A stretch of DNA of 64,000 bases, taken from the IMG/VR virus record IMGVR_UViG_3300032050_013007, positions 1 through 64,000 of that record. One strand, given 5' to 3'. Positions 58,108 to 64,000 of the stretch are shown piece by piece. The stretch's first letter is position 1. Every line of letters begins with the position of its first letter. Both the position numbers and the translations under genes were made by a program. The stretch comes from a virus. The notes beneath the pieces were generated by a model. That model searched no databases, had not been told where the DNA came from, and saw only the letters and a program-made list of their open reading frames with translations.

Positions 58108-60432
58108 TTATTCTTTTGAAATTTTTCTTATTTCTACTGTTCCATCAGAGTAATGGATGTGGATTATATTAAGTCCTTTTTCAAGTATTGCTTCTTCCAT
58201 AGTCTTATATCTTACAGGATTTTCATACAGTTTACTAAATTGTCTAACCTCAACATAATCAATATCTGATGTAACATCATTGTTTGTTGCGGTTGTTAAT
58301 CTACTAACCGTACAATCAACTTGATTATTATTTAAATTAGTATCACCTGTTCCTCCGTTTACAGTTAGAATTGTAACTCTCATTATGTTAGTACCTCCAG
58401 GTTGAATTGCACAACTTGTCGAACTAAAACAAACCTGAGACGAACTCCAAGAAGCACCAATAGGGTTTGTTGGGGTTCCTCCTCCAGGTAAAAATATATA
58501 TTGCCCCGGTAATAATGGTCCTTGCCAAGAAGTTGATGTGGGCCAAGTCAGCACTGAACCACAAGGACTTAATGGATTTGTATACCCTGAACAATCAACC
58601 CAAGTTCTTCTCCAAGTAAATGATGTAATAGGAACTGAACCTGTGTTTGTAACTTTCCATTGGAAAGATACTGCGGCTTGAGATGATGGAACTGTTATAC
58701 TCCCTGATAATGGAGAAGTTATAATTAAAGATAAATCCGCACCTGTAACTGCCGGTTGAGTAATTGTGAAACTTGATTGTTTTGTATTATCTGTGGATAT
58801 GGTCTCAGATACTGAACCCATATAGTTTACCCTACTTATAATGTATCTTAACCCTGAGGTATTTCCAACATTATATGTTAAAGTTTCAACATCAGTTGCA
58901 ACACCACCTCCAAGAGTACCACTAGTTGTACCAATAATAATATCATCAGCATCACCCCAAGTTGTGTTAGTTGATAATCTATGTTGAGTCATCACATTAA
59001 CCGCAGGGTATGAAGGATTTTGAGTTGCAATTGTTGCAGTGATTGTAATACTAGAGTTAGCAAGAACTGATGTTGGATTAATAGTTAAAGTATTAATTAC
59101 AAAATTATGTATTTGTGATGGTGGTGGTGGAGGTGGTACATCTCCTCCCGGATTTGGTGTTGAGTTGATTGCATCTCTCAAATTAATTCTACCATAACCA
59201 AGTTCATTACTTCTTGTAGAATATGGCCAAGTTGGATTATTTGTATAACTATACCCACCAACTTTTTCTGCGGTTTGAGATAATATTTGTAACACTTGGT
59301 CATCAGTTAATTCCCAATTCTTATAAAAACAAAATGCCGCTGAAGCCGCAAATATCGGACAAGAGAATGATGTTCCACTTATTGAGGTGTAATCACCCGA
59401 ATTATATCCTGCAGTTCCTGGTCTATCGACAGTTCTAATTGAAACGCCAGGTGCGGATATATCACAAATTTGTCCAAAGTTAGAAAAACTTGCTTTAAAG
59501 TCACTTTGTGATGTTGCACCAATACCCCAAACACCACTATAATTTGCAGGATACTGAGCGGCAGTTCCTGAATATTGATTACCAGACGATGCAACTACAA
59601 CCATACCTTTACCGCCTCTCGCAGTTGTTCTTGCGGATTGAAAGGCGGCATCCAATGCTGATGAATAAGATGAACCTCCATAAGACATTGCAATTGCAAC
59701 ACAGGTTGGATTAGCCATCGCAGCATTAACACCATTAATTTGGATAACATCAGAAGTAAAAAAACTACCTCCATCAAATACTTGTGACATAATGTTAACT
59801 GGCATAACTTTTACTTTGTTATTACCAACACTACTAACACCGATACTATTATTTGTAACCGCCGCAATAGTACCTGAACAAGTTGTTCCGTGTTTGTCAA
59901 AAGAATTAACATAAGGAATATTAGTTGTACTGTTAACCGCATTAAATGGATTTGTTGTGTTTCCAGCTAAATCAGGAATAGTTAAATCAAGCCCTCCATC
60001 AAACATTGCAACACTTACTGTTGGATTGTTTGCCGGAACCAAGTCCCAAGCTTCGTCAGCATCAATATCCTTATCCGTAGATTGTTTAAGATGCCAACAT
60101 TGGTTAAACTCAACATCATTTGGAATATAATCCAATTTCATTTCTACTTTTTGGTCTTTGTAGACCTCTTTAATAAACGGAAGGTCTTTAGATGACCTAA
60201 CGAATGAATCTTGAGTTAAGTTTTCAGGTAGTAATACAACATACCATCCAAGCTGCTCAAAATTAGCAACAATCTGAGCGTTACTTCTTTGAATAAACGC
60301 TTGGGTTTGGGATTCCATTCCTTTTTGTGGAACCACCATTACTTGTCTGTCAATATTTTTGGATAGGTCATACTGACTATATCCAAAAATAAATGAGAAA
60401 CAAAACGAGAGTAATAAAACGATTTTTTTCAT
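58108..60432 (-). CDS. Secreted S8 subtilisin-like serine protease with Ig/CARDB-like domains and T9SS-like C-terminus
   Basis: Signal peptide; triad AMFDGG / HGTTCSG / SGTSFSCP; SSGN; C-terminal LEKGLNIIHIHYSDGTVEIRKISKE. Confidence 0.88.
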   Translation of the reverse strand: MKKIVLLLSFCFSFIFGYSQYDLSKNIDRQVMVVPQKGMESQTQAFIQRSNAQIVANFEQLGWYVVLLPENLTQDSFVRSSKDLPFIKEVYKDQKVEMKLDYIPNDVEFNQCWHLKQSTDKDIDADEAWDLVPANNPTVSVAMFDGGLDLTIPDLAGNTTNPFNAVNSTTNIPYVNSFDKHGTTCSGTIAAVTNNSIGVSSVGNNKVKVMPVNIMSQVFDGGSFFTSDVIQINGVNAAMANPTCVAIAMSYGGSSYSSALDAAFQSARTTARGGKGMVVVASSGNQYSGTAAQYPANYSGVWGIGATSQSDFKASFSNFGQICDISAPGVSIRTVDRPGTAGYNSGDYTSISGTSFSCPIFAASAAFCFYKNWELTDDQVLQILSQTAEKVGGYSYTNNPTWPYSTRSNELGYGRINLRDAINSTPNPGGDVPPPPPPSQIHNFVINTLTINPTSVLANSSITITATIATQNPSYPAVNVMTQHRLSTNTTWGDADDIIIGTTSGTLGGGVATDVETLTYNVGNTSGLRYIISRVNYMGSVSETISTDNTKQSSFTITQPAVTGADLSLIITSPLSGSITVPSSQAAVSFQWKVTNTGSVPITSFTWRRTWVDCSGYTNPLSPCGSVLTWPTSTSWQGPLLPGQYIFLPGGGTPTNPIGASWSSSQVCFSSTSCAIQPGGTNIMRVTILTVNGGTGDTNLNNNQVDCTVSRLTTATNNDVTSDIDYVEVRQFSKLYENPVRYKTMEEAILEKGLNIIHIHYSDGTVEIRKISKE

Positions 60433-60453
60433 TTTAAAGGTTAATTAATTTAT

Positions 60454-61038
60454 TTATTTACTTCGTTTATACTTATTAAAATCCGTATAAACGGGAGTTT
60501 CGTTTTTGAAATAATATATTTCTTCTTTATTTCCATATCTTATTGTTTTTATGAACGCATCAGGAACTGTAGCTCCTGACGGAAGAATTAAAGATTTTTT
60601 AGAATACACCATTCTAATCTCAACAATAACCGATTGTTTTTTAGACAATTCTCTTTCATATTGTTCTAATAATCTCCACACACCTCTATTTAATTTTTCG
60701 TGTTGTAAAACACAATTTAAGTATGTGAATGTTAATTTAAGAGTTTCTTTATTACAATTAAAGTCGGCGGCAGGAGCCAAATGACCCTTATCGTATATGT
60801 TATTCTCGTAATCCCTGTTATCAGAAGTTAAAATAGAATCACAGGTATAAAAATCTAAACCTTTACGAGATATATTCCCATCAGAACATTTTACGTGATA
60901 TTCAATCCATTTTGGTTGTTGTAATTTTTCAGAATAAACTATATCAAAAATAGAGGTTCTTATATAAATTGAATCTCTTATTTGTCCGAATGAAAAAATT
61001 GATAATAATAAAAAAATCTTAAAAAAAATAAACTTCAT
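60454..61038 (-). CDS. Secreted DNA/RNA non-specific endonuclease (NucA/EndG family)
   Basis: Signal peptide; YDKGHLAPAADF, TFTYLNCVLQ...LNRGVW..LE, VPDAFIK. Confidence 0.88.
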   Translation of the reverse strand: MKFIFFKIFLLLSIFSFGQIRDSIYIRTSIFDIVYSEKLQQPKWIEYHVKCSDGNISRKGLDFYTCDSILTSDNRDYENNIYDKGHLAPAADFNCNKETLKLTFTYLNCVLQHEKLNRGVWRLLEQYERELSKKQSVIVEIRMVYSKKSLILPSGATVPDAFIKTIRYGNKEEIYYFKNETPVYTDFNKYKRSK

Positions 61039-61128
61039 TTATAACAAATAATTTACTATAAATATCTAAAATTGTTTTCGAGTTTTGTTTAACTTTATAA
61101 ATTAGACAAACAACAAAATAGTATAGAC

Positions 61129-61157
61129 AAAAAAAAGGGGTTCATTATGAACCCCTT
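61129..61157 (-). terminator. Intrinsic terminator
   Basis: A-tract + AAGGGGTTCA-TTA-TGAACCCCTT. Confidence 0.8.
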
Positions 61158-61178
61158 AATAATTAATTAATATAATGT

Positions 61179-61970
61179 TTAAAACATAATCTGTAAATTG
61201 GCGGTAATTGGTCTATTAGCAACAGTTGGGTTTGGTACAATTGCGGTTTTATACATAGGATTCACCATTATAGTTAAACGACTTTGAGCGTCGGTAGTTT
61301 TAGAGAACTGCAATGTTCTTTTAATTACAACTCCTACATTTGTAAAACCAGCTTTAGATTGGAAGTTTAACTGTGATTCACCTGTGACATACCCAACAAA
61401 TAAATCGGCATTGTAATCTAAGTGATAAGTTGCCTCAATATACGCAGCTCCTCTTTTATACGCTTCATTTTGATAAAATACAAAGCTACCCCATAAGTCA
61501 ATTCTTGATTTAAGGTCTCCTTTATATTTTAACGCCAACTCAAAAAAGTGATTTGTTGTTGCTTTGTCAAAATGGAAAAAAGAAGTATCTGATTGGGTTG
61601 GGGTGTTTTGATTAAAATAAACATCCTGTATTCCTATTGATGTGTTATACACATTAAAAAACATTCCGTTTTTAACAGTATTACCGTATCCATCTTTAAA
61701 TTGATTGTATACAACACAAGCTTCTGAATTTAATGTAAACCAATCAACTGGTTGATAGTCGGCTTCCATTTTTATTACAGGTTGTTTACCAACGTCCATA
61801 CCTCTCCATAAATTACTTGTCGCCATTCCGTATTCACTCGTAAATGGACTTTGTTTTTTCTTTGGTTTAAAGAATAACCCTTGTTCAGTTGTATCGGCAA
61901 TTGAAGTTTGTCCAATCGCAAATATTGATACGAACATCATTAGGGTTAAAAATAAAATTTGTTTTTTCAT
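61179..61970 (-). CDS. Putative outer-membrane beta-barrel (TorF/Gcw_chp-like porin)
   Basis: Signal peptide; SNLWRG...P motif; alternating hydrophobic strands; C-terminal Phe. Confidence 0.6.
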   Translation of the reverse strand: MKKQILFLTLMMFVSIFAIGQTSIADTTEQGLFFKPKKKQSPFTSEYGMATSNLWRGMDVGKQPVIKMEADYQPVDWFTLNSEACVVYNQFKDGYGNTVKNGMFFNVYNTSIGIQDVYFNQNTPTQSDTSFFHFDKATTNHFFELALKYKGDLKSRIDLWGSFVFYQNEAYKRGAAYIEATYHLDYNADLFVGYVTGESQLNFQSKAGFTNVGVVIKRTLQFSKTTDAQSRLTIMVNPMYKTAIVPNPTVANRPITANLQIMF

Positions 61971-62039
61971 TTTTTGTTTTTTAAAATTTATTTATAGTAT
62001 TCATAAATATATAAAATTTTACCAAATTTGTAAATTACA

Positions 62040-62071
62040 TTTGGAGATTACTAATTTTCGATATATATTTG
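62040..62071 (+). promoter_or_regulatory. Bacteroidota-type promoter facing a non-coding segment
   Basis: TTTG (62040)-N20-TATATTTG (62064-62071). Confidence 0.55.
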
Positions 62072-62075
62072 TAAA

Positions 62076-62158
62076 ACATTTGAAAACAAGGTTAGAACGA
62101 AACAATCCTAATCTTTAGGTGGGTTGGAAGACGATTAAGATACAAGGCCCACCTTATT
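62076..62158 (+). ncRNA. Candidate two-hairpin small RNA
   Basis: Stems AAGGTTAG/CTAATCTT (62088-62115) and AGGTGGG/CCCACCT (62117-62154); no ORF; upstream promoter. Confidence 0.4.
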
Positions 62159-62571
62159 TATCTCCATAAAACCAATTGATTTCTACCAACTCTAAATGGG
62201 TTTTCTTCAGATTCTCTGAAAACTGTAGTTATAATAAGCTTCCAATATGTCCCATCAACATGAACAGGAGTAACAGGAACCGCGAGCTCCCAATTTAATG
62301 ATTTTAATATAAAAGATTCATCATCTTTTATTTCACCACTAACTATTTTTTCAGAAATCTCTCTAATAAATAAACTTACAAATTCTTTTAGTTCGGAATT
62401 TGATATTTCTCTTTGATTATACGAATCGCCCAATTCGGGTCTTGTTGCTCTATCAAAAGCATGTTTTTTCCTATCGACCTCAAAATTAAAAATTATTTTT
62501 AACTCAGAAGATATTTGAGCAATTCTTTTTTCTAATAATAAATGTTCTTTTATTATTTTTCTAAGTGTCAT
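62158..62571 (-). CDS. Hypothetical protein, possible DUF4258/RelE-like RNase fold
   Basis: KHAFDR...ISNSEL...IITTVFR; leader MTLRKIIKEHLLLE. Confidence 0.4.
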   Translation of the reverse strand: MTLRKIIKEHLLLEKRIAQISSELKIIFNFEVDRKKHAFDRATRPELGDSYNQREISNSELKEFVSLFIREISEKIVSGEIKDDESFILKSLNWELAVPVTPVHVDGTYWKLIITTVFRESEENPFRVGRNQLVLWR

Positions 62572-62601
62572 TTTACATAAATATCCCCAATTAATAAAAA
62601 T

Positions 62602-62630
62602 AAAAAAGGTCAGATTTCTCTGACCTTTTT
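62602..62630 (-). terminator. Intrinsic terminator after the major capsid gene
   Basis: AAAAAAGGTCAGA-TTTC-TCTGACCTTTTT. Confidence 0.85.
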
Positions 62631-62650
62631 ATTATTCTAAAGATAATTGA

Positions 62651-64000
62651 TTATCTCAATTCTCTTAAGTCGAATGAACGAACACCATCAACTGTGATAC
62701 GTCCGTAGAAACGGTTATTAACCATTTTCTTAGCGTAACGTGTCATGATACCCTTGATAGGTGTAAAGTTGAATGGATTGTACATAGTTGGAGTTAATTG
62801 AAGTGGTACATACGGTGCGTAAATGTAACCAGTATCAAGTAACGATGTACCTTTGTGACCAATCAATACTTGGTTTGGTGGGAAGTATGGGTCACGATAT
62901 ACTTGGTAACGACCAGCAAGTGTACCCACTCTTTCAATACCCATGTTGTATTGGTCTTGCTCAGGTGATGCGTTAGAAACGTGGAAGTATTCTAAGTCAT
63001 CAAAGATTGCAGAAACCTCAGATGATACAACAATCCAGTTAGCTCCACCACGAAGTGTTGACTTGTGGATTTGAGCTGATAATTGGTTAATTGCCGTAAT
63101 CAAAGTTTGGTTCCAGTCTTTCTGAGTGTAAGAAGTTGTGTTAGCAAGTCTTCTCCATCCGTTGTAGTCCCAACGTAAATTCCAAGCCGCACCTTTACGA
63201 AGGTCACGAAGGATTTCACGGTCAATTTCAGCCGCAACTTGTTCTGACAACAATGCTGTCAATTCAGCTTCAGCGTCAATGTTGTGGAATGCCGCAACGT
63301 CTTGAGCAAGTTCTGGTGACCATTGTGCTCTCAACTTTCTTTCAGTTACAGAAACTGTTACTGACTCAAGGTCGAAAGAAACTTCACCAATCTTGTCTTC
63401 AAATTCTAACTCTTCATAACGTCTCCAAGCCGCGTAGAACGAAGTAGTCGTAGCCGCAGATGTGATAGTTGCACCAGTGTAACCATCGATAGTGTCAGAA
63501 CCACATGTAGGACATGCAGGACATGATAAGTCAACCTCAAGATAAATAAAACCTTGTGGTGAACAGATGTCATCATACTGACCACCATTACCTTGTGTTG
63601 GCCATGATGCTGTTCTTTGATTGTAGTTTGGATTAATAATTGCTCTACCGTATTGTTGAGTAACTACTCTATACAATAGAGGTCCTGATGAAAGTGCGCA
63701 AGGGCTACTAGGTGCAGTAAGACCTGAACCTGAATAAATGATTAAGTTCGATAAGAAAGATTCTGTATCATATTCAGCACCATCAGGAGCGGTAAGTTTA
63801 CCAGCACCTGTATTAGAAAATCCTGAAAGACCGATAGTAATTTTTCTTGTGTTACCGGCATAAGAGGCTGAAGATGTTTGAGGTGCCAATGCGCCGTTTT
63901 GCCATGTCATAACAATACAGTTAGATGTAATTGCAGACCAACGACCTTTTGAATAGTCAAAAAGACCTGCTGGGTCAAGACCTGGCTCAGAACCTTCATA
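62651..64000 (-). CDS. gp23: Major capsid protein, T4 gp23-like (5' end outside the window)
   Basis: RKLRAQWSPELAQD...DAEAEL...AEIDREI, YAPYVPL, GIMTRYA; frame open from 64000. Confidence 0.93.
   Translation of the reverse strand, partial: YEGSEPGLDPAGLFDYSKGRWSAITSNCIVMTWQNGALAPQTSSASYAGNTRKITIGLSGFSNTGAGKLTAPDGAEYDTESFLSNLIIYSGSGLTAPSSPCALSSGPLLYRVVTQQYGRAIINPNYNQRTASWPTQGNGGQYDDICSPQGFIYLEVDLSCPACPTCGSDTIDGYTGATITSAATTTSFYAAWRRYEELEFEDKIGEVSFDLESVTVSVTERKLRAQWSPELAQDVAAFHNIDAEAELTALLSEQVAAEIDREILRDLRKGAAWNLRWDYNGWRRLANTTSYTQKDWNQTLITAINQLSAQIHKSTLRGGANWIVVSSEVSAIFDDLEYFHVSNASPEQDQYNMGIERVGTLAGRYQVYRDPYFPPNQVLIGHKGTSLLDTGYIYAPYVPLQLTPTMYNPFNFTPIKGIMTRYAKKMVNNRFYGRITVDGVRSFDLRELR

Noticed and set aside
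61039-61178. tRNA or other structured RNA in this intergenic gap
   Set aside because: Only a terminator hairpin and the late motif; no cloverleaf or T-loop consensus seen here or in other gaps
1-64000. Stop-codon reassignment as in some jumbo phages
   Set aside because: Standard code gives full-length, tightly packed genes; TAG and TGA both occur as real stops

Overview
64 kb of an AT-rich, gene-dense jumbo myophage genome of the T4-like supergroup, read in the standard genetic code. Evidence: gp23-like major capsid protein at the right edge, gp5-like baseplate spike, gp55-like sigma factor, PhoH and dUTPase. The host is probably a Bacteroidota: secreted proteins have signal peptides followed by Gln, one has a T9SS-like C-terminal domain, two TTTG-N20/21-TAnnTTTG promoters are present, and there are no Shine-Dalgarno sites. 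The main feature is two large glycan-synthesis clusters (1.8-14.6 kb and 35.3-47.0 kb). Together they hold about 20 glycosyltransferase, methyltransferase and epimerase genes, including a GT60 polypeptide GlcNAc-transferase. They bracket a virion-protein region with long Thr/Pro mucin-like tracts, including a 2671-aa protein carrying a zinc-metalloprotease. My best candidate for a novel system is a phage-encoded, mucin-type virion O-glycosylation system. Also seen: a recurrent TATTTAT(A) motif upstream of late genes (the reverse complement of the T4 late promoter); a shared capsid-targeting/protease-cleavage-like leader on many small proteins; a secreted protease + nuclease + porin module; a candidate small RNA; and apparent GATC avoidance. 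All function calls come from motif recognition by eye, with no database searches.
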